DNA of 52,462 bases, taken from positions 256,799,365 to 256,851,826 of the forward strand of contig NC_058133.1 of assembly GCF_016433145.1 (NCBI RefSeq), given 5' to 3'. Shown here one piece after another: positions 30,690-42,150 of the stretch. The translations under genes were made by a program, and so were the position numbers. This DNA is from Gracilinanus agilis. Lineage: Eukaryota. The first letter of the stretch is position 1; every line of letters starts with the position of its first letter. Below the pieces are notes generated by a model. That model was not told the DNA's origin. It saw nothing but the letters and a program-made list of their open reading frames with translations, and did not search any database.

Positions 30690-31069
30690 ATGAGGGGCAC
30701 TCCTTACTCCTTCCTCTGGCCTCCCCATACCTCCTCCCACACCAGCTTCGAGGAAACAGGAGGTGGGAGTGGAGATCAGACAATACTACCTGCTTCCATT
30801 TCAGCCCACTCCCCACCTCCCACCCCAACACACATATACTCTCTACTTTAGTGCTAAGAGGAAGAACTAGAAGATAGGGAAGAAGATAATAGTGTTTGAT
30901 TTTTTATGCCTGTGGGCACACATGCTTCTCTATCAATTATGTTAGAAACAATCTTTGGATACAGAGCTCACATCTCCATGGGGGAATGAATATCAGATAT
31001 AGGGCCTCTGGGAAGATGATCAAAAATAAAATGGGAGGGGGAGGTAGACTTAAGGGCTAAAGTCTCCAA

Positions 31070-32040
31070 TTCCCCTTAATTCTTCATTCACCCTACTTGA
31101 CATCTAATTAGTTGCTAAACCTTTTGGATTCTGCCTCCATAACATCTCTCATCTTTGCCTTCCTCCAGTCCACCCTAGGTCAGTCCCTTATCACATATTG
31201 CCCTGGACTCTTTCCATAGTTGCCTAATCAGCCTCCCTTCATGGAGCCTCTTCAATACAACTGCCAAATTTAGATTCCTAAAGCACAGGTCACTCCTCTG
31301 CTTAAGAAACTGCAGCATAAACAAATGATAGAATAAAATGTAAATGTTCAGCATTTAAAGCCCTTGAGAGTCTGGCTCTAGCCTGTCCTTCCAGGTTGAT
31401 TACACATTTCACCTTCAGTCACTTTATGTCAGGGCTAATGCACTTGCTTTGCTTCCCTAAACCAACTCTCCATTCTCTATCATGATGTGCCTTAGCCATA
31501 GGCCATACTCTATACCTAGAATGTTCTCCTTCCTCCACTCCGTCTTTTGAAACTCCTGGCCTCCAAGGGCTCAGCTCAAGTACCATTTTTTTTTTTTAAT
31601 CCTTACCTTTCGTCTTAGTATCAGTACTTTGTATTGGTTCTAAGGCAGAAGAGTGGTAAAGGCTAGGTAATGGGGGTTAAGTGACTTGCCCAGGGTCACA
31701 CAGCTAGGAAGTGTCTGAGGTCAAATCTGAACCCAGGACCTCCCATCTCTAGGCCTGGCTCTCAATTCAATGAGCCACCCAGCTTTCCCCTCAAATGTCA
31801 TTTCTGACAAAGGGCCTTTCCTTATCTAGCTGATAATGTCTCTTGAAATTATTTTGTATTCATTTATAAGTACTTTGCGTTTTCTTACCTGTATATATAT
31901 TGTTCTTTCTTCTTCCTCCACTCCCTCTCTAGTAGAACATAAGCCTTTGGAAAACAAAGATTGGGGTTTTTTTGGTCTTTGGATCCCTAGCACCTAGCAG
32001 CATCTAATACATATTAGGGAGTTAATAAATACCTTTTGAT
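31070..32040 (+). mobile_element. L2 LINE 3' fragment, interrupted by a SINE1_Mdo-like element at 31586-31790 (minus)
   Basis: Pyrimidine-rich L2-type text (gattctgcctccataacatctctc...gcacctagc...taataaatac); the SINE has a poly-T tail and a degenerate TSD. Confidence 0.55.
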
Positions 32041-32149
32041 TTTTAATTTTACTGAATGGGAGTATGGTTGTGACTTGAATGTAGATATGTGATCTGGATG
32101 AGATTTTCTGAAAGATAACAAAGGGGTGTGAGACATAAGCCTTTTTTTT

Positions 32150-32345
32150 GGGGGGGGGTGATCTTTTTACTTACTAATTACATATAATAGCAAAATTCCA
32201 CATAAGTTTTCCAAAGTTATATGATCCAAATTGTCTCCCTTCTTCCATTCCTTCCCTACTCCTGAGTTGCCAAGCACTTCAGTCTGAGTTATACATATAT
32301 TATCATGCAAAACATTTCCATAGTGTTCATTTTGGGGACATAAGC
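32150..32345 (-). mobile_element. LINE-1 3' UTR fragment (probable)
   Basis: aaaattccacataagttttccaaagttatatgatccaaattgtctcccttc...gttatacatatattatcatgcaaaacatttccata. Confidence 0.55.
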
Positions 32346-33479
32346 TTTTTGAAGAGACAATTCTCTGAAAAAATTGAAGAAGTTTCTCAGAGAGAATTGC
32401 TGGGATTTAGAAGTGGCCTTTGGGCAGCTAGATAGCCCAGTAGATAGACCATCAGACATGGATTCAAAGGGATACTTCCTAACTATGTGACTTTGCAAGT
32501 CACTTAACCCTGCTTGCCCCTCTTCTGTCAGAATTAATAAGACAGAAGTTAAAGTTTGGGAGGAAAAGAAGGATCCTTGCTTGAGCTGTGAACAACCTGG
32601 ACACCCAGTTCCTCATTCAGCCCAAAGACTTCAGAATCAATATGCAGAGAGCCTCAGGGTTGGGAATAGTAAGGTTTATGCCCTGCATAAGAGGACACAA
32701 TGAAGAGAAGAAACTGGAAGTACTGATACCTGGGCGACTCCTCCCTCTTCCACCCAGAAGAGCTTTTTCATATTTCTAAGCAAATTGCCTCCTACCTTAC
32801 AGGTATTATGTAAGATAATATATATCCAGGTATCTTCCACCACTCCTGATTTCCTATCACTTCTCAAGTCCCACTCCCAAAGTGTCTGGCCCCCCATCCC
32901 CAAAGGGGGTTCCCCTGAAATGAGGATGATGTTCACTTTCTCTCACCACACAGTTTCCGGTTCAATGTCTCTGACTTCTGAGGCTGATAAAAATACTGAT
33001 CCCCTAGGGGCCCTTAGCTTCCTCTGACCCCTTGGGGCCAGGCACCCAGGCATCCTGTAGCTCTGTCCTGGGGCGGGGTTAGGGATCCCCCTGATTAGTG
33101 ACTCAGGTTCTTAACAACTAAGAGATAGAGAGGGATGTGCTATGCCTTTATGAGCTCCAGGATCCAAGCCAGGAATTGGGTTACAATTCAGATTATATTA
33201 GGCTGAATTTGAGGATCAGGAAGAAGAACAGTGTAGAAAATGAGGGCTAGTGGGATTGTGTGTCGACATTAATGTTTGAGATTATTATTGAGGTTGGGAA
33301 TCAAGATTAGGATAGAAAATGGTGGTTAATATTTGGATCAGAGATAGGATTGGGATTGAAGTTGAATAAGGTCTAAAATGGGGAAAGACCCCAGAGGAAA
33401 GATTAAGTTAATAATGAGGCAGATATTTTATCCCCTAAAAACTACTGTAATACTTTGTGCCTCTCTTTTGATACATCAT

Positions 33480-33780
33480 ATATTGTTGTTGTTCAATTGT
33501 ATCCGTCTTTGTGCCTTTCTTTTGATACATCATATATTTTTGTTGTTCAGTTGTATCTGACTCTTCATGATCCCATTTGGGGCTTTCATGACAAAGATCA
33601 TGGAATTGTTTGCCATTTCCTTGTCTAGCTAATTTTAAAGATGAGGAAACTGAGGCAAATAGGATTAAGTGATTTGCCCAGGGTCACACAGCTAGTATCT
33701 GAGACCAGATTTGAACTCAGGAAGATGAGTTTTTCTGACTCTGGGCCCATTGCTCTATCCACTAGGCTGCCTGGCTGTCC
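33480..33780 (-). mobile_element. MAR1-like SINE
   Basis: gttgttcagttgtatctgactcttcatgatcccatttgggg...gccatttcc...gatgaggaaactgaggcaaa. Confidence 0.75.
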
Positions 33781-34077
33781 CTGTGTTACATATGACATGT
33801 ATTAAATTAATATGTGTTAATACATGTATATAAATTAAATCACATGTATTAAAATTATTTGTGTATATATAATTTCCCCTTTGCAAGCGCTATGAGGGCA
33901 GCTGTATCTTTATTCATCTTTGTATTTCTCATGGAAGCTTACTTAAGATATTTCTTCAACCACACCTTTGTTGAATGAAAAGTTAGGGTTAGAAATGGGT
34001 TTAATAGGATGAGAACAGCATTAGTGTTGAGAATTCAGGTTAGAGGTACAAATTAGGGTTTAAAATTAAGATTCGTG

Positions 34078-34235
34078 GAGCAGATAGCTGAAGTCAGGAG
34101 AGCCTGGTTCAAATGTGGTCCCAGATACTTCTTAGCTGTGTGACCCTGAGTAAATAACCTAACCCCATTTGCCTAGCCCTTACCCTTCTGCCTTTGACTT
34201 GTTACTAGGACAGAAGGTGAAGGTTTAAAATAAAT
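34078..34235 (+). mobile_element. SINE1_Mdo-like SINE (5' degraded)
   Basis: ggttcaaatgtggtcccagatacttcttagctgtgtgaccctg...ccccatttgcctagcccttaccc...A-rich tail. Confidence 0.65.
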
Positions 34236-35204
34236 AAATAAAAGTAAAGTTAGGGTTGAAGTAAAGATTGTATTGGTACTGAGGATAAAATGCAAAATGA
34301 TTTGGAGAGTGAGTTCTGGGATCATTGGGGGGTTGTGGTTGGCTTTGATTTGGGCTTAAATTCTGGGACGGGGTTGAATTAGAATTGGGATCAAAAAGGA
34401 AGTAAAATTTATATTAGATTGAGATTACTGTTAAATTCCAGGCTGGGGTTGGGTGAGAGGGTTGTTTTATTTCTCTTTATAAACGGAGATTCTCAGGATG
34501 TCATTAATTTCTTTGCAAGAAGCTTTCCTGTTCCATGTAACTATAAAGTTAGGCTGAGGCTAGCTCTCTCTCCACATTATTACCTTTCTTCACACACAGG
34601 GAAACCCCCAACCAACCACCTGCCTCCCCACAGAAGGAAACTGAATCCTGCTCAATTTCTGAAACAGATTAAAATCCAGACCTGCCCTTCCTGACGAGAT
34701 CCTAGGAGAATATCAGGTCCTTGACACCAGTCTTAGACACCCCACCTTAGCTTCCAACTTTTCCAATCTCAAAATTAGTTCATAACCTTTCTCTCAGTTT
34801 ATCTCCATTTAGCTTCCCCTCAGCCTTCCCCTCTCAATTCCTGTCTCTCCTTTTCTTGATCCTTCTGTCTTTGTTTCTGTCTCTCTGTCTCTCAATCTCT
34901 CTCTATCTCTGTTTTTCAAACTTCATAATTGCCCCTATCCCAAACTTCCCAACTTCCTCCCATCCTCCAGTCTCTTCCTTTCCCTGTATTTCTCTGAACC
35001 TCAGTCTCCCCGGCAAGCCCCCTACCGCCCATTCCAGCTGTCTTTCAGTCTCCTCCTGTTTCTTCGAAGACTTCTTAATATTTGGATTGGATGTCTATCA
35101 TACTTATTTCATTCTTCTTAGGGGGTCTTCCAGTCTTTCTATCTGTCCACACCACCAAAGGACAGAAAAACTGGGTCAGAAAAAGAAACACACAAAGAGA
35201 CCGG

Positions 35205-35207
<3 letters not shown>

Positions 35208-35242
<35 letters not shown>

Positions 35243-35677
35243 NNNNNNNNNNNNNNNNNNNNNNNNNNNNNNNNNNNNNNNNNNNNNNNNNNNNNNNNNN
35301 NNNNNNNNNNNNNNNNNNNNNNNNNNNNNNNNNNNNNNNNNNNNNNNNNNNNNNNNNNNNNNNNNNNNNNNNNNNNNNNNNNNNNNNNNNNNNNNNNNNN
35401 NNNNNNNNNNNNNNNNNNNNNNNNNNNNNNNNNNNNNNNNNNNNNNNNNNNNNNNNNNNNNNNNNNNNNNNNNNNNNNNNNNNNNNNNNNNNNNNNNNNN
35501 NNNNNNNNNNNNNNNNNNNNNNNNNNNNNNNNNNNNNNNNNNNNNNNNNNNNNNNNNNNNNNNNNNNNNNNNNNNNNNNNNNNNNNNNNNNNNNNNNNNN
35601 NNNNNNNNNNNNNNNNNNNNNNNNNNNNNNNNNNNNNNAGAGAGAGAGAGAGAGAGAGAGAGAGAGCTCTCTCTCTT

Positions 35678-35719
<42 letters not shown>

Positions 35720-35863
35720 CAAACTGAAACAGAGATGGGGAGATAAGAAAGAAAAGAACTAGATAAGGGGAAGGGAGAACAGATGACAGAAGGTGTGTGT
35801 GTGGGGGGGGTGACAGATTTGGAGGGTGAGGAACAGAGAAATTTGAGAGACAAGCACAAGGTA

Positions 35864-35940
<77 letters not shown>
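35208..35940. repeat. Compound microsatellite cluster (GA)n-[gap]-(GA)n-(CT)n-(CA)n ... (GT)n-(AG)n
   Basis: Directly visible: (CA)18 at 35681-35716, (GT)n at 35866-35913, (AG)13 at 35915-35940. Confidence 0.95.
35243..35638. other. Assembly gap (396 N)
   Basis: Run of n flanked by GA repeats. Confidence 1.
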
Positions 35941-35944
<4 letters not shown>

Positions 35945-36477
35945 AGTAGGGGAATGAAATGAATCTATGCAAGTACCTTTTAGTCGTTATCTCGCCTTAT
36001 ATCATGTATGTAGTTCAGAAAACAGAAGGTCAGTTTTGTGCATGTAAAGTCTTGTCAACTGAACAATGCTCCAACTGACCATAGTTTGCCTAGCATGTTT
36101 CAGGTCATAAATCACGTTATAGGGCATACACAAAAGACAATTATGCCTCTCCAGAGGGTGAGATTAGGAGAAAAGAAGTCTATACGAATTTAATCTGAAA
36201 GAGGGAATCAATGTCACACGGGACTGTGTTTTGTTCTTTGTTAAATCACATGCAATGCATGCTAGAGACAGGTAGATTTTATATGGGCTAAGGACCATGT
36301 AACTTAAGACATTAGGAAGGTGTGGATGGCAAGTAGGTTAGATATAAATAGTGGAGAATGAGGAGGAAAATGGGGGTGGCAGTGTTGGGGGGAGGGAGAG
36401 CCAAGAGGTCAAAAAGGAAATAAATGTCCTGAAGATCTCTGGAGACACTCCTGATTCAGACCCCTTCCCCTTTCACT

Positions 36478-36730
36478 GGGGCAGCTAGGTGATGTAGTAG
36501 ATAGAATGCCTGACCTGGAGTCAGGAAAACCTGAGTGTTCAAATCCAGCCTCAGATACTTCCTAGCTGTGTGACCCTGGCCAAGTCCCTTAACTCTGTTT
36601 GCCTCAGTTTCCTCATCTGCAAAATGCACTGGAGAAGGAAATGGCAAATCACATAGGTATCTCTGCCAAGAAAACCTCCAAATGAGGTCACAAAGAGTCG
36701 GACACAACTGAAACTGAACAATAACAATAA
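36478..36730 (+). mobile_element. MAR1-like SINE just upstream of the LTA promoter
   Basis: ggggcagctaggtg...cctcagtttcctcatctgcaaaatg...gccaagaaaacctccaaatgaggtcacaaagagtcggacacaactgaa...aacaataacaataac. Confidence 0.8.
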
Positions 36731-36887
36731 CCCCCTTCACATTTGTGTTACCTTCCCCCTGAACCCCCCTGACTCCCCACTCCCTTTTCCCAGAACCTTG
36801 GTCTCCTGGCCCCAAGCCTGTCTCCTCCCTCCCAGCCTCAACCTTTCCTGCCTTCAGCAGAAACACCAGCTCCTTCTTCTAAGCCTC

Positions 36888-36952
36888 GGGGGCTTCCCCG
36901 GGCCAGGTTAGGGCCCTGAGCCCTCCCGCCCTGCTGCCGCTTCCTCTATAAA
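36888..36952 (+). promoter_or_regulatory. LTA core promoter: kB site GGGGGCTTCCCC (36888-36899) and TATA box (36947-36952)
   Basis: Same kB sequence as the known LTA promoter site; TATAAA upstream of a non-coding exon 1 ending at the CAG|GTAGG donor (36994). Confidence 0.85.
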
Positions 36953-37452
36953 GGGACCCAGGCATCCTGGTCCAGGAAGCCAGGCTCATAGCAGGTAGGG
37001 GCCCCTGGCTGAGACACTCCTGAGCCCTGGGCCATTTCCCCTGGCTCTAAAGACCCCCTGATTCCACGTTCCCTCATCATATCTTCCTGTGTCTATTATT
37101 TGCATCTGCCCCTCTCTCGGGCTGCTTTGGGCTTTGGTCTCCACCTCACTGTTTCTGGGTCTCTGACTTTCTTGCTGTCAGTCTTTCTCTCTACTTCTGT
37201 TTCTGTTCCTCTCTGCCTGTTTCTGTTTCTCTGTCTCATTTCTGTCAAATAGTCTCTATGTATTTCTCTGTACTTCTGGTTTTCTCTTTACATGTGTCTC
37301 TTAGTATCTCTCTAGTGTCTCTTGGTATCTTGATGTCATGAGTTTCCATATCTTCCCCTTTCCATCTCTGTGCTTGTTCCCATTTCCCTTCCCTTCCCCC
37401 CTCCCTTGGCACCTCCTCTCACTTTCTCTTTCTCTCTCCCCAGGTTCTCCCC

Positions 37453-38497
37453 ATGACCCCATCTGGAGTCTTGTGCCTCCTGGGGGCGTTAAGCCTCCAG
37501 GTGCTTTGGCTGAAGCCACCAGGGGCTCAGGTGAGAGGCAAGAGGCTGGGATGACCTGGGGGTCAGGTACTTAAAGGGGCAAGAAAGAAATCTTGGCCCC
37601 CTGGTAACTTTTTTTTTTTAACCCTTAACTTCTATGTATTGGTTCCTTGGTGGAAGAGTGGTAAGGGTAGGCAATGGGGATCAAGTGACTTGTCCAGGGT
37701 CACACAGCTGGGAAGTGTCTGAGGTCAGATTTGAACCTAGGACCTCCCATCTCTAGGTCTGGCTCTCAATCCACTGAGCCACCCAGCTGACCCTCCTGGT
37801 AACTTCTTAACCATGTTCTTTCACAGGGGGCTCCAAATCCTGATAACTCCCACTCATCTAGCCTAGTCCTACCTCAGACAGCTCAGCCTCTCAGCCAGAA
37901 GCGCCTCAAAAGAGACACCCACAAACCAGCTGCCCACCTTGTTGGTAAGAATCTAAGTGTTACACCTTCTTCGCTTTCCTAATAGACCCAGGCATCCAGG
38001 TCCCAGTTTTCTTCCCCCTGGGTGACCTGAACATCTGTTCTCTTCAGTCCCTAACTTTCCCTCACTCCTGCTTCTCTCCCCTAGGAGACCCCAGGGCCCA
38101 GGACTCCATACATTGGAGGGCGAGCACAGACCACGCTTTTCTCCAACATGGCTTCTCCCTAAGCAACAACTCCCTGGTGGTTCCCACAAGTGGCCTCTAC
38201 TTCGTTTACTCCCAGGTTGTCTTCACAGGAACCAGCTATCTTCCTAAAGTTCCCCCAACCCCCCTCTACCTGAGCCATGAGGTGCTCCTCTTCTCCTCCA
38301 AGTACCAGGTTCATGTACCCCTCCTGAGTGCCCAGAAGTCTGTGTGCCCAGGGCCCCAAGGGCCCTGGATGAAATCAATCTACCAAGGAGCTGTGTTTCT
38401 GCTCACCCAGGGAGATCGGCTATCCACTCATACAGACGGTATCTCTCACCTGCTCCAGTCCCCTAGTAGTGTCTTTTTTGGGGCCTTTGCACTATAG
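37453..38497 (+). CDS. LTA: Lymphotoxin-alpha, 202 aa; coding exons 37453-37530, 37827-37944, 38085-38497
   Basis: [11 protein letters not shown]...GAQ|GAPNPD...HKPAAHLV|[47 protein letters not shown]...SVFFGAFAL*. Confidence 0.97.
37611..37793 (-). mobile_element. SINE1_Mdo-like SINE in LTA intron 2
   Basis: TSD cctggtaactt at 37600-37610 and 37795-37805. Confidence 0.88.
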
Positions 38498-38907
38498 AGA
38501 AATAGAAAAATGAAGGGAGAAATGACTTCAAGGCCAGAGACCTCCATGCCCGTTTCCTCTATTCCTACAGTTTCAAGCGCCTACACCACCATCCCCTGCT
38601 TCCACCATTGCTTCAGTTTCTTTCAAGTATTTCCCTTCTCGGTAACCTCCAGAAATAGAAATAGGGGTGGTTTGAAGGCACCCTAGAATGGAGGTTAAGG
38701 TGGGGATGACCACATACACCTCCACCCCCCCAAACCACTGTCAGAACCTGGACTGAGAATTTCAAGTCTAACCAGAAACACCAAGACAAGAGTAATTTGG
38801 TTGGCCAGCTAGTAGCATGAGTGGGGTTTAGGCCTGGCCATGGAAGGGACAGGGAAGGAAGGAGTGTTGGAGTGGGTATCAGGGGTTGTTGAGACAGGGA
38901 ATGGGGC

Positions 38908-38945
38908 ATTATTTATGAATGGAGATTATTAAATTATTTATTTAT
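38908..38945 (+). promoter_or_regulatory. LTA 3' UTR AU-rich elements
   Basis: attatttatg...attattaaattatttatttata. Confidence 0.6.
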
Positions 38946-39159
38946 AAAGGAGCAGAGAATGGGAAGAAGGAGATAGAAAGGGGAGAAAGATATCTCCGGA
39001 AGAGGTATCAGCTAGGTACAGAGGCAAAATATTGACTTATAGAGAGAGCAAATGTAGAAAACGAATGAAGGAGGGAAGGAGGTGGTCCAGGTGAGAAGGG
39101 CTTTGTAAAAATAGGGACAGCAGAGTGCTAGGAACCCTATCTGGACCTCAGCAAATTTC

Positions 39160-39165
39160 AATAAA
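39160..39165 (+). terminator. LTA poly(A) signal AATAAA
   Basis: AATAAA about 660 nt after the stop codon. Confidence 0.65.
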
Positions 39166-39954
39166 TATTTTTCCTCTGAGACAATGTCTGTCTGTCTGTT
39201 TAAAGGATGGGGTGCCATAGATTGTTGTGGAGGGAGTCACAAAGGGGGAAGATACTAGCAGCCATGTTGGAATGGAAGGATACATGAAGAAACATGGAGA
39301 CAATTGGGGAGAAAAATACATAAGGCTATAGGAGAATTAAAGCAATGGGGGGAGAGGCTTAAAAGACATGAGTGATAAAGGTATGTGTGAGCATGTGTGG
39401 AGATGATATCAGAGACTCTAGGAGGCTTCTGGGAGTATATATCCTGATATGGGGATGCTCTGAGGGGATCATGGAGGTCTTTGGGGCAGGGGGACTCTAT
39501 CAAGAAACCAAAAATTCCTATAGCCCAAGAATGAAACCCATGATGTGAGTCCAGAAGTCAGAATGAAAGTAGAAGCATCTTCCCAGGCCTGGTTTTGCCC
39601 TTTCTGGGATGTCTCTATTTCTTTCAGAAATTTAGATCTCAAACCCTAACTTTGTTCCTTCTCCTCCTTTTCCTCTCAAGGGTCCCCCAATCCTCCAAGC
39701 ACCAGTTTGTTCTTCTTTTAGGAGTCCAGATATCTCACCTCTTAAGCCCTGATCTCTTTTGAGTAGTGTTTCAATATGTAAGGGGTTGGAGGCCTGGGGA
39801 ACAGTGGCCAGACCGAGTGAAGAATCAGTTCAGAACTCTGTCATCATTGGGGTTAAGGGGTGTGATATCCTTAAGTCCAACTTTCCAATATCCACCCCCA
39901 GTGGGAAGAAGAAACTGAGAGGAGCCTGCGGAAGGTCCACAGGGCCCCCACTAC

Positions 39955-40070
39955 AGCTTCCTCCAGATGAGCTCATGGGTTTCTCCACCAGGGAAGTTTT
40001 GAGGCTATGAGAGAGCCTTCCCTCCGCCCTCCTAGCACCCTCCCAACACCCTCCCCTTGGGGCATATAAA
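39955..40070 (+). promoter_or_regulatory. TNF proximal promoter: ETS CTTCC, CRE TGAGCTCA (39968-39975), k3 GGGTTTCTCC (39977-39986), ETS/NFAT GGAAGTTTT (39992-40000), Sp1 CCGCCC (40024-40029), TATA (40065-40070)
   Basis: Same order and near-identical sequence to the recalled human TNF enhanceosome. Confidence 0.9.
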
Positions 40071-40200
40071 GACAGCTGCTCACTCACCAGTTGACAGAAG
40101 CTCCCATACAGAGAACAACTGGGGACTAATTAGAGAGATAGAGAGACTACTCCAGACAGACTCTCTGAAATTCTCTTCCACACCTTAAAAAAAAACCCAA

Positions 40201-40388
40201 NNNNNNNNNNNNNNNNNNNNNNNNNNNNNNNNNNNNNNNNNNNNNNNNNNNNNNNNNNNNNNNNNNNNNNNNNNNNNNNNNNNNNNNNNNNNNNNNNNNN
40301 NNNNNNNNNNNNNNNNNNNNNNNNNNNNNNNNNNNNNNNNNNNNNNNNNNNNNNNNNNNNNNNNNNNNNNNNNNNNNNNNNNNNNNNN
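40201..40388. other. Assembly gap (188 N) inside the TNF 5' UTR
   Basis: Run of n between the TATA-defined TSS and the ATG. Confidence 1.
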
Positions 40389-40476
40389 TCTCTGCATCAA
40401 GGAACTACAAATTTCAACTTCATCCTCTCCTAAAACGACACCACTGGAAACTGAGCAGCTCCACAAAACAGGAACC

Positions 40477-42150
40477 ATGAGCACAGAGAGCATGATCCAA
40501 GACGTAGAGTTAGCAGAAGAGGCTCTTCAGAGGAAGGCAAGGGGGCTCCAAGGCTCTGGACATTGCCTCTGCCTCACTCTCATCTCTTTCCTTGTTCTTT
40601 CTGGAGCCACTGTTCTCTTCTGCCTGCTGCACTATGGGGTCATCGGACCCCAGAAAGAACAGGTGAGAGACATAGAACATATTCAAGAGCCTCCCAATCA
40701 TTTAGCCATAGAAAAGGGAACAGAGAGAGATTGGGGGAAGAAAGATAAGAAGACAAAAAGAGGGAAAGAAACATTATAAGAGTCAGAGAGGTGGGAGAAT
40801 TGTGATAAGGGAGAAAGATGGGAAAAGGAAGCATAAAGAATGATAGAAAGAAAGGAATAAGGATAGAGGGAGCAAGGGAGAGACCTGAGGGAAAAGATGC
40901 TTAGAGAAATAAGGAGAAAGATGGAGTGATGGGGAAAGACAGAGGAGGAAAAAGAGATGAGATGAGAATTATGAGATGCATCTGAGTATACATCCCAACT
41001 CTTTCTTCTCAACTATCTTTGTCCATAATTCATCACTGACCCCTTCTCCTGTCTTTCTTCTCTAGGACTCTCCCAATGCTTTTCTTGACATGAAACCTCT
41101 GACCCAGAGAGTCAGTAAGTATCCTCTATTGATGATCTCAATCTCCTACACCTTTATTCCCAAGGGGGACATATCTGAGATGAGGATAGGGATAGGGATG
41201 GGGGAGCAGTTTTCAGGGGACAGGAAGCATTTCTGAATTTTTGGTTTCTGGTGGGGAGGGAATGAAAGCAAGTTAAAGCCCAGTATTAAACTTTCATTTC
41301 TTCATTCTCTTTTCTTCCCCATTCTAGGATCTTATCAGACTGAAAGTGACAAGCCTGTGGCTCATGTTGTAGGTAAGGATCTGAAACTTTGGAATTAGGA
41401 CCAAATGGGGCCTAGAATCAGGGGATTGGTTGAGGGGCAATATGGAACTTTGGGGATAAGTAGAGCCTATGGTGGGGGGAGTAGAAATATTAGCAGGGAA
41501 GGAAGAGAGACTGAGAGGAGAAGAGGATGGCTAGTATTAGAATAGGATGAGGGGGAATAGAGGGAATTCAAGAGAGAGGATTCTATGGGGATGGATAGAA
41601 TCTAAAGGATAGGACATAAAAGAATGCTTTGAACTTTAGAAAAAAGAACTGAGGAGAAGACAAAATTTGGGAAACAGATGAAACCCAGAAGAAACATGTG
41701 GATTCAACTTTCTCTTCCTCTTTCCTTACAGCTAAACCCACAGCAGAAGGGCAGCTCCAGTGGTCGAGTGGGTATGCCAATGACCTCCTGAATGGCATGG
41801 AATTGAAAGACAATCAACTAGTAGTGCCAGCCACTGGGCTCTACCTGGTCTACTCTCAGCTCCTTTTCAAGGGTGAGGACTGTGCCAACAAACCTCTGCT
41901 CCTCATGCACACCGTCTCCCGGGTTGCACGATCTTACCCAAACAAAGTCAGCCTCCTTGCTGCTATCAAGAGCCCATGCCAGAGGGCAGCACAAGGATCC
42001 AGGGAATCCAATCCCTGGTATGAACCAATCTACCTGGGTGGTGTCTTCCAGCTTGAGAAAGGTGATATGCTCAGTTCTGATACCAACTACCCAAATTATC
42101 TTGACTTTGCTGAGTCTGGCCAGGTCTATTTTGGAGTCATTGCCCTTTGA
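40477..42150 (+). CDS. TNF: Tumour necrosis factor, 232 aa; exons 40477-40662, 41066-41114, 41328-41372, 41732-42150
   Basis: [17 protein letters not shown]...TM...GVIGPQKEQ|DSPN...TQRV|[15 protein letters not shown]|[11 protein letters not shown]...[16 protein letters not shown]...[17 protein letters not shown]...[10 protein letters not shown]. Confidence 0.99.

Noticed and set aside
33453-33560. 54-bp tandem duplication
   Set aside because: Sits at the GTT-repeat tail of a MAR1 insertion; probably a by-product of insertion or slippage.
34856-35972. Long six-frame ORFs (215-296 aa)
   Set aside because: Artefacts of N runs and dinucleotide repeats (RERE, SLSL, HTHT, VCVC).
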